Of a stretch of 64,000 nt of DNA, positions 13,501 to 26,230 are shown piece after piece. The stretch is from Eukaryota sp. TZLM1-RC. Its lineage: Eukaryota > Protista > Metamonada: BaSk clade. A program made the translations under genes and the position numbers. The notes under the pieces were generated by a model, which was not told where the DNA came from, did no database searches, and worked only from the letters and a program-made list of their open reading frames with translations. Where the stretch lies: contig JAUPSS010000009.1 of assembly GCA_040285825.1 (NCBI GenBank), forward strand, positions 496,001 to 560,000. The letters are read 5' to 3'. How positions within the stretch are numbered: position 1 is the stretch's first letter; each line of letters begins with the position of its first letter.

Positions 13501-14722
13501 TTGGTGTAGGAGAGTGGAGGCTGTGTTTGGTGGGAAGCATCTGCTTCAGTGAACGTTTTTTTCCAGGGACGTACCAAATAGTGTTTACCATTGAAGACAA
13601 TGGATCCTTGGGAAAGAAGATAGAGTGCATCGACTGAAGAATGAAAGCAGATTTCAGCTCGCACACAGTTCTGTTTGTGTTGAGCAACAAAGGAAGAGAC
13701 ACTGCACCCATTGAAAGCAAGATGTTGAATAAGAGGAAAAAGATCCTCAGTGTGCGATAATGGAAAAATTATCACTTTTCGACGAAGGAGGTCCCTACCA
13801 GGCTTGACTGACGTATTGATGCGTTTAATACCCTTTTCCAAATCTGCAGTGATGACTGAACTGTTTTCTGCAGCATCAACCAACAATTCTGCGTTCAGCG
13901 TAACATTGTACTTGTTCGCCAGCTTCTTCAAAAGGTTGAACTCAAGGATATAGTGAAAGGGGACCCAATTGTTATTCTCAGAGGCTTTGGTATACAAAAA
14001 ATCGCCTGAAGAACCTTCGTCATCTGGCTTGAAATAATTATCATCACCAAAATAATAGTCCAATTGAAAGCCGAAAGCTTCATTCATAGATATACCTTGA
14101 AAGCTATCAATCTGATTGACCAGAGGCATATCAATCACGTTAATTGAGTTGACAGTGACACCACCTTCAGTGAAGATGGAGGGATATAAGTTATTCACAA
14201 ATGGTTTCTGATTTGCGAGAAAGTACAGATAATAATGTCCGTGATAGATGTAAGTTTTTGCTACAAAATACTGGTTTTGTTCTTGCCAAACAAATTTGGA
14301 TGTTTTTGCCAGATCGAGTGGTTGGTTCTGAATGGATTTGGTTATGTGTACAAGAATTTCTGTGTCACGAGGGAATGTCTTATCCACGAAAAGGTAAAAG
14401 GCCTGCTTCGGACTGCCTGGAAGGTGAGAATGATTGGATAGTTTTAGTGGTTGATGGGAATCACATCCTCCTCTTCTACGAATTCTGCTTCTGAGGCTAA
14501 AACTTGCGATAATACATACTGTCTTTCGAAAGTTCTTTCTGCAGTTCCACATTGACTTCTATTAGTTCCGGGGGGACACCATCTTGGGTTACCTGAGGAT
14601 TTGTTTGGTGTGTCTCTGTGGATCGCCCTACCTCTCCCCCTGCCTCTAGCATTGCTGTGGTGAGTATTGTTGGTGTCAATCCTGTATGATTTCCTGTTAT
14701 AGCAATCTTCAGAATTGCCCAT
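7512..14722 (-). CDS. Giant multidomain protein (about 2380 aa): CBM48/Ig-like, RRM-like, DEAH RNA helicase + HA2, RING + IBR-like, PARP-type ADP-ribosyltransferase, 2x WWE, class II nucleotidyltransferase
   Basis: GSGKTTQLPQY, TQPR, DEAHERSLDTD, SAT, TNVAETSLT, QRKGRAGR; CVFC..CGHLHCTQC..CPKC; AWHGT..GFD..GPGEYFG..GYAKG (formed by the 31-nt intron 9288-9318); WYWQDDGGQWKAY and WQFKEGDLWKNF; GGYVRDW..NDID. Joins: probable GTATGT intron from 14519, one missing A in the A6 run near 12885, intron 9288-9318. Confidence 0.8.
9288..9318 (-). other. 31-nt spliceosomal intron inside the PARP domain
   Basis: GTTTGT...ACTTATTCTAG; removal gives HGPGE|YFGVSENPEISVGYAKG, fusing ORF 9262-12828 to ORF 7512-9254. 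Confidence 0.9.
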
Positions 14723-15734
14723 TGAACAATGAAAAAATTTGGGAAATTTTCTCAGTCCAGCTTAATCAAATCAAATGAATAAATTTTCCAGTGGTTTTCT
14801 CCTCTTATCATAAAATTTGTATCGCACCAATCATTCACCACTCCAAACATGCCATTCTTAAATGCCAATAAACCAGAGCATTTCCTCACATCCCTCAAAG
14901 TATACCTAACTTATACTTCTTCAAAGCAGGAAAAACTTATGTCAACTCTACCAAAATTTTCTTCTACGATTCAACACACATCATAGCACTGTTGTGATCC
15001 CCGTTGATTTGATCCAGTTCTTTTCCCCAATTGATGAGTCTTCGTCTACTTTCAAAGAAGAGAGACATTCCACTGCTGATTGTATCACCTGTATGTAGCG
15101 ACTCGAATGATCAAAATGGTTGCTGCTTGTGGCTGCTTTAGAAAGATCATTTGGTGTTCTGAGAATGGAGTTCCTTCGTGATTTAAACAGTTTTATTTAA
15201 CCATTTGTACAGTCTCCTAGAAAAACTAAATTAAGTGCTGTATCAACAGCTAATTTCAAAAAAAGAGTCATTTCAGTTCTCCCTGATACGTATTTATCTG
15301 TAGTATTTAGTTTAATTAGTTACTGCCTAATAAACATTAAAGTAAGCTTTATTTTTATCAACGAATTTTTGAAAAAGACAATGACGTTCACCGTTAATAT
15401 ATGGAGAAGCATGAAGTCTTTGAAACCAACAAAGTAAAGCAATTGATCTTTTGCTATGAATTTCTGTCCCTGAAAACATTGACCTCAGAACAATTTAAAA
15501 GTTTGAAACAACATTCAGTAAAGTATTCTTGTTTTTGTGTTTGCATTGCGAATTTTTCTTAAACAAATTTCGTCTAACGATAACACAACTTGTAGGTGTT
15601 GTAAAGCTTGGTGTAACGATTTGTTAAATTTTTTATTAATTAGTATTTATTCAACCGTCTTGAGACACGTATCAACTTGGTCTTTTAAAATTGTAAATGA
15701 AAACATTGAATTTCAACCAAATTTTCCTTCTTCA

Positions 15735-18700
15735 ATGGACCCGACTCTCAAAAGACAACTTCTTGACGATCTCAACATAGAAGAACAATATGTGTCGACT
15801 CTTGAAAAGGAAAAGGTGAAGTCTGTTGACGATCTCTGTGAGTTGATCTCCGAAGATTGTCTTCCTGACCAGAACCTTCGGGCTTTAGACAAAGCGCGTC
15901 TCAAAAAATTTGTGAGAACTCGTCGGTCATCATCCGCTGCCACTAAGGTAGAGTCTCACAATGGTCACAAAGGATTTACCCCCGAACGGAAAGTTCCAAA
16001 TACTTCAAGTCCAGTTTCTTCACCTACATCTCATCGAAACGCACCTAATGAAGATCATTCTGCTAACGCAACTCCCTCTCATTTCGTTCCACTCAACATG
16101 ACCGCAAATATTGTGACGACTACTAGTCGAGGTGAAATCAAGTCTGCTGGTGTTCTCCCTGTTCGTCAGTTTGGCTCTTCACTACAGCTCCTCCTTGGCT
16201 ATGAACACCCTAAACGGGGAATTAATTTCTTGGGTGGAAGTTTGGAAGCTCGTGAATCGCCTAAAGATGGTGGGATCCGAGAATTTATGGAAGAAACCGA
16301 CCTCCTCAAAATACCTCATTTATCGGCAACCTTGAAACGTACCAAAATGCTTGAGGTTCATCTTCCACATGGGAAGTACAACTTGTACATTCTCAACATC
16401 CATGATCTACCACATTGTTTTTCCAAATTACTTTCAAACCTTCCTCAACACTTCAAAGGTAGCAATGAGGTCTCGGAATTGTTTTGGGTTGATGTCAGTG
16501 ACTTCATTAATGGAACTAGATTTCACAATGTTCCGTTTTATGAATTGATCATCAAAAGCACAGCATATGTTTCCCCAGAGCTGTTCAAATTTCTACCCAC
16601 ATCAGAACCAAGCACTCGGTCCCAGAACTTTGTTAATGTCGATAGTATAGATGAGGACGAGGATACCACACCTCCTAATGAGAATGAATATCTCAACTTT
16701 GAGAAAGTCATGACAGATGAGGTGAAAAGGGCAAAAGAACTGCGATCCAAAAGAAGCTTACTATCGTTTTTGCTGCCGTCAAACTGGGGATTGAAAAAGT
16801 TCATGACTGATATTTGGAAGCTTGACCCTGGAGATTTGTCTCCAATAGTGAGTCTTGACAAGAATGACGCAGAGTACACTCGGCTAGCACAGACTTTACC
16901 ACCTGACATTGTTCAATCACTTGCTGCAATTCGAAAGGTAAATGTAGATAATCGAAAGAAGGCATTTGACAAACAGTTGAATGATAATCAAAACAAGCGT
17001 CCGCAACGACACATTGTCTTCCATGGAACACCAGATCCTTGGAGAGCCACCGCGATTGCATTGAATGGTTTTGACCTTTCCATCAAACTTGTTGGCCGAG
17101 CACTCGGTGACGGCGTCTATTCTACAGATAATGTAGCAACAGCAATGAGCTATTCAAAGGGGACAGGTTCAGTCATTCGCCTTGATTCCTTCATTAATCA
17201 GGACAAGTCGAATTTGACCAGTTTAAGTAGACCACCTGTTTATGTCTTCCCAAACAAAGACCATGTATTACCAATAACACTGTTTGATTTTGCAGTTGAT
17301 GCAAATGATCCAGGAAGAAAGCAGAGCGAACAAAAAAAGGACGCAGAAAAACGTTTCAAAACGATGCAAAAGGAAATGGCCAAAGAAGAAAAGAAACATG
17401 AAAAAGAAGTTGAAAGGCGCTTTCGAATAATGGTTACGGCATACCTCAACCGACTTTCCCACCTCAATGAAATTCATAAACAACACCTCGACAAAAGGCC
17501 TTTGATTTACAAATTGCTGGCTAGAGAAAAAAATTACTTTGATAGTAAACTTCCTCTGTACCACCACAAGTCAGATATTGTGGATTGTTTGAAGAAAAAC
17601 AACGTGATACTTGTACACTGTGATACTGGTTCGGGAAAATCAACTGGTCTGTGCCAATATATTGATGATTATTTTTCAGAGCTTTCTCTGACTGATGAAA
17701 AACTTGTCAATGACAAAAGAAAAATTGCAGTACTACAACCGCGTAGAGACAACGCCATTCAGCTGTCCCAGAAAGTGGCACGTGACAGAAACGTTGCTTG
17801 GGGCGATGAGGTTGGGTTCTCCATTGGTTTAGGAACATGTAAAACATCTGAAAACACAAGGATAGAATTCATGACGCATGGGAAATTTGAGCAAATTGCC
17901 TGCAATGCCAATAGAGTACTTGAAAAATTTAAAGTTGTTATTGTGGACGAAGCACATTTCAGAAGCATTCAGATTGATTTTGTTATCAGTTTGTTGAAAT
18001 TGGTTATAGTTGCTGCACATCAGAATCACGTTCTTGACTTTAAAGTCATAATCGCAACCGCAACATTTGAGCAATCTTTTTTTGAAAAATTAACAAGCTT
18101 CTTCTCCCCTGTCTCAACGATTGGTCACCTCAAATTTGAAATTCCTTCTTACCCTGTTCATATACAGTATTATGATCCTTTTGGGGAGGACTACGCTCAA
18201 GCATGCTCAAAGTTCAGTTTTGACTATTTTTCCAATGCAATTATCAACGCAGCTATTGAGATGACTGCCAAATTGCTGAACTGCACCGATTCGGGTGCGA
18301 TTTTGGTTTTCCTACCATCCAAAAGCTCCATAGACTGTGCCATCTCCGCATTTGCTTCCAAGTATGTCTCGGACCCAAACCAATCGTCAGGAATGGCAGG
18401 AAACTTGCAGAATAATCACTTGTCTATCACCATAAAAAAGGGAACAAATAGCTATAATGTTGGAATTTACGCTTTCCATGGACGTCTATCCAAAGCTGAA
18501 CGAAGTGGAGCCTTAGAATCACGACATGATCGTCGAGTCTATTTTAGTACTGATCTAGCTGAGACGGGACTTACAATTCCTGATGTTCGTTATGTTATTG
18601 ATTCAGGATTTTGTCAAACCGTTCGTTGGAATTCTCAAACCAATGTTGAGGAAATGAGCCGGGAACTCATTTCTCAGGCTTCTGCCACTCAACGCACAGG

Positions 18701-20973
18701 CAGAGCTGGAAGAACAAATTCTGGTATCTGTATTCGACTTTACCCCGAAAGTGTGTTCAAGCAGATGAATGATGCCTTAGTGCCAGAGGTAAAATCTGGT
18801 TATATTCTTAAATCAGTCTTGGCGTTTCTACATCATCAATCTTCTTCCAGTGATTTTGAACTTTTTGAGCCGTTCGACCAGCAAGACTTCGAACATTCTG
18901 TTGATTTATTAGAGAAAATAGCGGCCGTCAAACGCAATGGATCTTCATTAGAAGTAACCCAAATAGGACGACTTGTGTTACAGTTAGGAGTTTCATTTGA
19001 AAATGCATTATTCCTTATTAATGCCATTAACAATAAGTGTGTTGACTCTGCTGCGAAAATCTGTGCGTTAATGGTTGTTAATGGTGATACTTTGCTTTCA
19101 AATCTTTCTTCAAGTAGTCCTTTTATCCATAATCGTGGGGAACACTCAACATTGCTCAACATTTTCAATGAGTTTTTGAAGCAGCCGCATGACCAAAGAA
19201 GTCAGTGGTGTAAGAATCAGGGTTTAGATAGATATGTTTTGGAAGATGCCAATACTGCTTTCAATCATCTTACTGATACTTTGACGAAACAAAAAATTGA
19301 CTTTTCTGATCAAATTGATGAAGCTAAAGGAGATATCCATGATCACATTGTTAGAACTCTTTGTTGCACTTTTTTCAACAATCTCGGAGCATTTAAAGAA
19401 CCTGGCAATGTATCAAAAAAGTTTACCTTGTTTGAAGAAAATGATCTTGCTTCATTTGAATCAATAGATGTGGACAAGGATAATTCGACTACTTTATCCT
19501 TGGGGTCTACTTCGCGCAAACTTTGGACTGGAAGAGACTTGCCTGAAGATTACAATTTTATTGTATTCTCGTCGTTGATGTCAAATGTTACTCAAAATCC
19601 TGAGACTGGGGAAAAAACCTTTAGAAAATCACTTTCCTTTGTTTCATTTTGCACAACGCAAGATCTTAAAGATAGCAGTCCAAGCTGGAGAGTCAAAACT
19701 CTTGAGAATCAGCTTAACCGCTATAAGCGGACTAAATTTGAAGTTCCCATCAGCCGAGAGCAACGACGGTTACTTCTAAATAACAAAGGGGAACGATTGA
19801 GAGATTTGAGGCAGCAAATTAAGACCGCTGAAATCAATTTACCACAAAAGAATGATTCTCTCATTGTTTTCTGTCCAGAAAGCATTGAATCTCATATAAA
19901 ACGCCGAGTTGGAGAATTTTTGGAATCACACAAACCAGAAATTATTCGATTTGAAAACCTGGATGGCATCAACTTTGGAAAATTCTTGGGGAAAAACCGA
20001 TCTAATGCAAATGATCTTCAGCAAAAGCTGACTGATGTCTTGAAGTCAGTATCGCCAAATCCACATAATGTTAAATTAATTGTAGATTCTACCAAAAAAA
20101 AGCGTAGAAGTTATTGTACCTCCTGTTCCGTACCAGTTTGTTTCAGTAATACTTGGTCTCGTACAAACTAGTTTGAGCTCATGTAGTGATCAGAACATGA
20201 CTGCCGATCTGAGTAAAATTAGTTCATCTGGAAATTTTGGTGCTTTTCACAACAAAAATCCTCGCTTGGCAAAACTTGTGTCCTCCTTAGTCCCCAAGCC
20301 CACCACCAACAATAGGGATGATTGGGTTTTACTGGTCGCTCATTCTGCCATTTGGACTGCAGGGCTTGAACTTTATGGAGGATTTGTAAGAGACTATGTG
20401 TTGCGTAATGTTAGTGCCAATGATATTGATACACTAGTTCCTGACGGCATTAACATCAACGCAGCCTCTAATCTATTGTCCCAAGCGTTGGGCAAATACA
20501 AAATTGTGTGCCAGCCTATCACACAAAAAGGTAGAGCTCAATGCATGGCTGTTTCATTTCCAGGTGGTTCTGGTGTAGAAATTGACTTTACGCCAGCATC
20601 ACTGAAAGCAACCTCCCCTTTTGTTGATGCAGACATCAACAACTTCAAAGTCAACAAGAGTGGACTAGTTCAAAAAGTCAAAGGTGCGGGAGGGACTCTT
20701 TGTAATCTAGACATCGCCATTAATCATTGTTTGAATCAACAATTTGTATTTTTTTACCGTATACCATCAAATACCAACGCTGCTACAGATAAGGAACAGT
20801 TTGACATGTGCTTTAGGAGGTTGAGGAAAATGATGTCCAAAGGCTTCACATGCATTTCTCCATTAAACAGTAGGATTACCAATCAACTTTCTCAATACAA
20901 AGCACTAATCAAGCCAGATCCTAAATATGATGTACCTTTTCACAATCTTCCTCTACAGTTTCAATCAGCGTAA
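15735..20973 (+). CDS. Giant multidomain protein (about 1745 aa): SAM-like, Nudix hydrolase, PARP-type ADP-ribosyltransferase, DEAH RNA helicase + HA2, KH-like repeats, class II nucleotidyltransferase
   Basis: ATG 15735; Nudix box GSLEARESPKDGGIREFMEET; VFHGT..GFD..GDGVYST..SYSKG; GSGKST, QPRR, DEAH, TAT, STDLAETGLT, QRTGRAGR; GGFVRDY..NDID; deleting one A from the A8 run at 20094-20101 fuses the frame to ORF 20173-20973 with no stop. Confidence 0.82.
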
Positions 20974-21537
20974 TTTTTTAGTTGTATTCAAAGAATAAAT
21001 TATTTGTATTTAGTTAAAACAGTTGGACTGAATAGTCCATCATTGACAGAATTCAATATATTATCGCCACTATTGTTCTTTCAAAGTCTATTGATTGGAT
21101 GTACTGAATGCAATGTTCAGTGGGAATTAAGAAAAGATAGTGTAAAATGGGACTAGTTCAAGTGCTTTTAATCAAAGTGCAATGGTATCAGGTAACTAAA
21201 CTGAAACTAAAACCAAGAAATGTATGACAAATTATCATGATGATCATAAAAAATCCTGATTCAGTATTTGTGCACCGGTTCAATTCAATTCACAACTTTG
21301 GTAGTTAGTAAATAAAATGAAAAAATGATGTTCTAGTTCAGAACGTCAGAAAAGAGATGAAAAGCAAACTGTTGATGACGTCTTCGCTGAACTTGTTGGC
21401 TGTAAACGTAGGTATCCAGGAAGGAACGAATAGAAATCACCTGTGATATTGACTACGGAGCAACATGACCAACTCACTGTCGTAGAAGCTGAAGTATGTA
21501 GTTACCTGAACTCAGCTGTTGTTGATGTAAGAGATAC

Positions 21538-23945
21538 TTGAAACTCTGTTCTGTTTTCCAATCTGAAGTGTGTCCTTTTTGGATTGAAAATCCTATTACT
21601 TCAATTGAAGTTCTTAAAGCTATTCAAAAATTACCAAAGGGGAAAGCAGCAGGCCCATCTGGAATTTCTTTTGATCTGTTAAAAATAGCGTGTTCCAGTG
21701 CTCCCGAAATTGCTGATGATCTAGCCCATTATTTTCAACAATTAGTTGTTTTGAAAATTAATCCTCCTTTTGAATTACTTGCAGCACGTCTGATTGCTTT
21801 GGTAAAGCCTGGTAATGGAATTAAACCTGATGGAATACGCCCAATTGCCGTTGGTGAATCTCTATCTCGTTTGCTGGCATCAATTGTCTTCGATCGTGTC
21901 AAACACAAAGCTTCTACATTTTTGAATCCTCATCAATTTGGAATCAAAACAATTGATGGTGCTTCTGTTGCTGCTGTTGCCTCAGATACTTTTTTTAATG
22001 CAGAGGAAAATAATTATATTTTTAATCTTGACTTTAAAAATGCTTTTAATTCTGTAAAGCGAGAAGCAATTTTTGAAGTAATTAAATCTGATTTTCTTGA
22101 GCTATCGAGTTTTTTCTATCATTTTTATGGGAAAGAATCAGATTAAATTTATAATTCATTTGGTCTTAAATCATCTTCTGGTGTGAAGCAAGGTGATCCT
22201 TTAGGCCCATTATTGTTGTGTTTAGCTATTCACAAAACTTTAAATATCATTAATCAAAATACCCTTCTATAAAAATAGTTGCTTATATGGATGATATATC
22301 CTTGATTGGTTCATTTGATTTACTGGAATTGGTTGCTCAAGAAATTGCCGATTCATATGAAAATATTGGGCTTTATCATAATGCGAGCAAATGCCTTCTG
22401 ATTGGCTCTTCTGCTCAAGATCTTGTGATAAACGATTCTATTGTGCCTTTTACTAATTATAGTAGTGATGCTTTTAAGTTCCTTGGTTGTTGGTTAGGAA
22501 ATGTGCCTCAAATTCAGAATGAATTACATGTTATTTTGGAAAAAATGAAAATTGAACTTGATTCAATTTCTTCTTTAGATATAGAAAAACATATTAAATT
22601 TTTCATGCTTAAAATTTGCTACACTGGGAGAATAACCCACATTTTGAGATCTTGTGCTCCTTCCATAGCATTAGATTTTTGTCGTTCATTTAATTCATTG
22701 AGAACAGAATTTTTTGCTGATTTATTGGATGTAGAACCAGGAATGTTGAAAAGTCACTTATTTTCTTCAGCAAATTTGGGTAGTATTGGATTTACTAAAT
22801 TTTCAATTTTGTGTCAATCAGCATTCTTGGGTGGTGGCAAAAATTTTATTCATGAATTTTCTCGTAGATTTCCTGATGATTCTCATCTGTTAGTTCCCAT
22901 TTGCAGTCCCTATTTGTATGAGTTATCTTGTGAACTTGAAAAATTGCCGCCACAAATTTGGACCAAATGTTTTCCTCAATCAATTCAAGAAATTCCAAAC
23001 CGATCTCTTTTTAATTTACAGTTTTGCTGTAAAAAGCTTCAACAAAAATTGTCAATGATTTTTGAAAGCTTGGATTTTGATGTCAGACTTCGCTTGGCCA
23101 AGAAAAGGAATCCCGCTTTTGCAAATCTTTTACAAGATATGTGTGACGGTACTTCTTCTGCTTTAGTAACAACAATTCCCCAAGTTTATGGTACTCTCTT
23201 AACCGATTCTGCTTGGACTCTAAATATGAGATTTCTTTCCTTTATCTAGCCTGATAATTTACCTCATAATTTAATTTGTAAATGTTCTCGAGAAATTACA
23301 ACTACTCATTTGTCAACATTTTATTACTTTTAGAAGCAGAGTTCATGATGCTGTAAGAGACCAGTTATATTGTATGTGTAAATCTCATAGAATTGAATCC
23401 TTCTTGGAACCTCTGTTGTCAAGTCTGTGTGATGCTGAAGATGATTTTCATAAGAATAATAGAGGTGATGTTATATTACCTGGATTGGATGGAAGTTTCA
23501 TTTTATTGGATGTAATGTCTGTTGATCCTTGTAATGCCTCAAATGAAAGGCTAGTTAATTCTGAAATTCATAATCCCCTTTCAAATGCTGAAAATTTTAA
23601 ATTCAAAAAAATACAATGAACCTTTGTCCAAATTGGCCAGTCTACAGCATGCAAAATACAATTTGTATCCATTTGTATTTTCCCTTTGTGGTTCACCTGC
23701 ACCAAGTGCTTTACGTTTTTTGGATGATTTTGAAATGATTGTAAAGAGAAGAACTGGCAGAAATTTCAACAGATTGTTTTGGCAAAATAGAATTGTGTTT
23801 TCTATTTTAAAGGGGATGTTGAAGATGGTTTCTGATGCTTTGCTTTCTCTTGGATCTCACTATGAGAGAGTTGCATCTAGTGTATTTGTTCTGGGAGAAA
23901 TGGATTTTTTAGATGCTGATTTATAGGTTTTGAATAAAATTAAAA
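21538..23945 (+). mobile_element. 5'-truncated RLE non-LTR retrotransposon, local family D (RT + CCHC + RLE), degenerate
   Basis: KAAGPSG, RPIAVGE, DFKNAFNS, GVKQGDPLGPLL, AYMDD, RVHDAVRD, RGDV..DV, KKY; several stops and frameshifts. Confidence 0.9.
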
Positions 23946-25624
23946 TTTTGGTCAAAAATTTTTTTTCCAATCACTAATATTTAAAATTTTATCACTATAA
24001 GTATCACGTCTTATGGATTTCGTAATGCTTTCGGTTAACGAAATATCAGTGTAGTAGGATTACTTACTTGAAGATTTATTTGATGTTTTAAGGTTTTGCA
24101 TTGATAATTAAGTATTTTCACAGGCAAAATCTTTGAAAAATGTATATTGAAAAATATGCTCATAAATGATTCTGAATTGTACAAATAAAAGGAACATGCA
24201 AAAACCATGAAGGAGAACAAACACGTTCCACACGTAGCTTTATAAGTTTGCCCATTTGTTTTATTTTTTGTATGGATGTCTGGGAACACTTTGTCCTCTT
24301 TTCTTGCAATGACTGTGGGGAAAATGTTGAACTAAATGAATAAGTCTTTTGATCCTCATTAGCGATTAAATCAAATTCTTTTTTCAAGTTTCAAAACATT
24401 TTCTAAAATTCACTCAAGATCTTGGATGTTTGTAAGTGCACCTCACAAAAACACAGTGGATGAGATGTTCTATTGTTTGGAAGTTTTGATGACACTGAAT
24501 TTCCGAATTTTGTTCGATAATAGTATACATTAATGAACAACAATATCATCAACAAAAGGAAACATTAACTTAACCATTAGAATATGAATTATGTAAACTT
24601 CACTTCAAGTTTTGAATTGATAGTCGCAAGTATCACCAGATTTCAAGTCTTATATGATATCTTGGCATTGAGGTTGAGATTTTTATAAGTTAATCCGTTT
24701 GTTATTACATTTAAACTTTCAGCTATGAGGAAATACTGGTTCAAAATCGTCACATAATTCCTAGTAATTTCTATACAATAATGACGAGGACCATTATCAC
24801 GAAATCAATCGGCAGTATGTCAGTTTGCAGCATTGAACTACATGGTGCAACTAAATTATTGTAGAAGGTTTACAATAACAGTAGTATCATGAGGAAAAGT
24901 ATTCGGAAGTTCAACATCATGTTGATTGTGAACGCACAATCGCTGAAATTGAAGCCAGCTTTCTGGCATTATTGGGTTAGTTCGATGAGTACTACTCATC
25001 ATAATGTTTAGGCTTGGTTAACAATTGAAGTATTTAATTCTGTCTTTTTACTTTTCATAAAAGTTTTGATAACCCTAAATTGAAATGTTAAATTGAAATT
25101 TTGCCGAAAAGTTATGAAAGTTTCGCTACTGAACAAAATTGAAACCAGCACTACTTTAATATTGTTATTGGTAAATTTTTGGTTGACCATTCACCAAGTC
25201 GCTGCAAATTAAACCATTTGGTGTACGGTCTTGTCACGATCTCGATCTATGAAATACAATAGCTAACACATTTATTGCTTCTACAAAGGAAATTCTGTTT
25301 ATCCAAACAAAATTTATGTTTTTTTTTGCGTAAATATAGTAGCACATGAGTTTCAGAGTGTATTAATTTATTAACATTTATTTTCATTTGATGAAATAGA
25401 AATAAGGTCTATGAATGGAAGGTTGTGCTCTTGTCAATTTTGTTTTAAACTATTTCAGATTTCACCATCGTCCTCTTTGCTTTAGGCTTTGGAAAACCAA
25501 AAAATTTGTGAAATAATTGTACTACGCCCAGGGATGTGACAACTGCGGTGGGGGAACAAAGATATAAAAGATAAATAAATACAACAGTGATTTACTCCCA
25601 AAATAACTCTATAAACAAAACAGT

Positions 25625-26053
25625 CTACTCTCTTTCTAGTTCTTGCATTCTCGCTAGCACAGCAACTTGAGATAGTTCCAAGATTTCACCACCTAGGATC
25701 ATTTCATCAACAACGGCGTAGACTCTATGAAAACCAAACACCAAGTCCAGTTCACAGACATTCTGGAAGAGACCATCAAGCACTTCAACAAAGAAGTGAA
25801 TGTATTCGAGATAAGCAAGTTCATTATCGTCGTGGTCTATACAAAAGGTAAAATATAGTCCTTGATACCGTCTATAGATGATTTTGTGGGTCTTATACTC
25901 AAAGAAGTTAGTGTGTCGTGTATCTCGGGAAAGAATGGCCCGTAACACCTCCTGTTCAATAACACGCTTTTCGTTAGGTGGTATAGGTGTATACCACTTA
26001 CTGAATCTGGTTTTGCCTTGTCTGTTCTGAAGAAGTATAAAGTTGATGGCCAT
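25625..26053 (-). CDS. AP2S1: Clathrin adaptor AP-2 complex small (sigma) subunit
   Basis: FILLQNRQGKTRFSKWY, IIYRRY, DNELAYLEYIHFFVEVLD, NVCELDLVF; 142 aa, intact. Confidence 0.92.
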   Translation of the reverse strand: MAINFILLQNRQGKTRFSKWYTPIPPNEKRVIEQEVLRAILSRDTRHTNFFEYKTHKIIYRRYQGLYFTFCIDHDDNELAYLEYIHFFVEVLDGLFQNVCELDLVFGFHRVYAVVDEMILGGEILELSQVAVLARMQELERE

Positions 26054-26230
26054 GTTTAAGGTTTAAAATCTGTGATTTTCATTTGAAATGTATATTTTCT
26101 TCTTCTCAAACTTATTCCAAGAACTTTCATCCTTGGTGAGATCGTCCACAGACATTCTAGAATCCTCGAATAATTGGCCACCAATCTCAGTGAACCCATT
26201 TCTCCTCTAGAACAATACGTAGCTTTGAAG

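Noticed and set aside
15537-15734. N-terminal extension of the 1544-aa ORF from a GTG start
   Set aside because: Eukaryotic context; first ATG is 15735, just before the SAM-like domain
7761-19168. Numerous antisense and nested short ORFs over the giant genes
   Set aside because: Shadow frames of long coding sequences with no independent motifs
24400-25000. Minus-strand DNGPRHY motif suggesting a DDE transposase relic
   Set aside because: Single short motif among many stops; insufficient support
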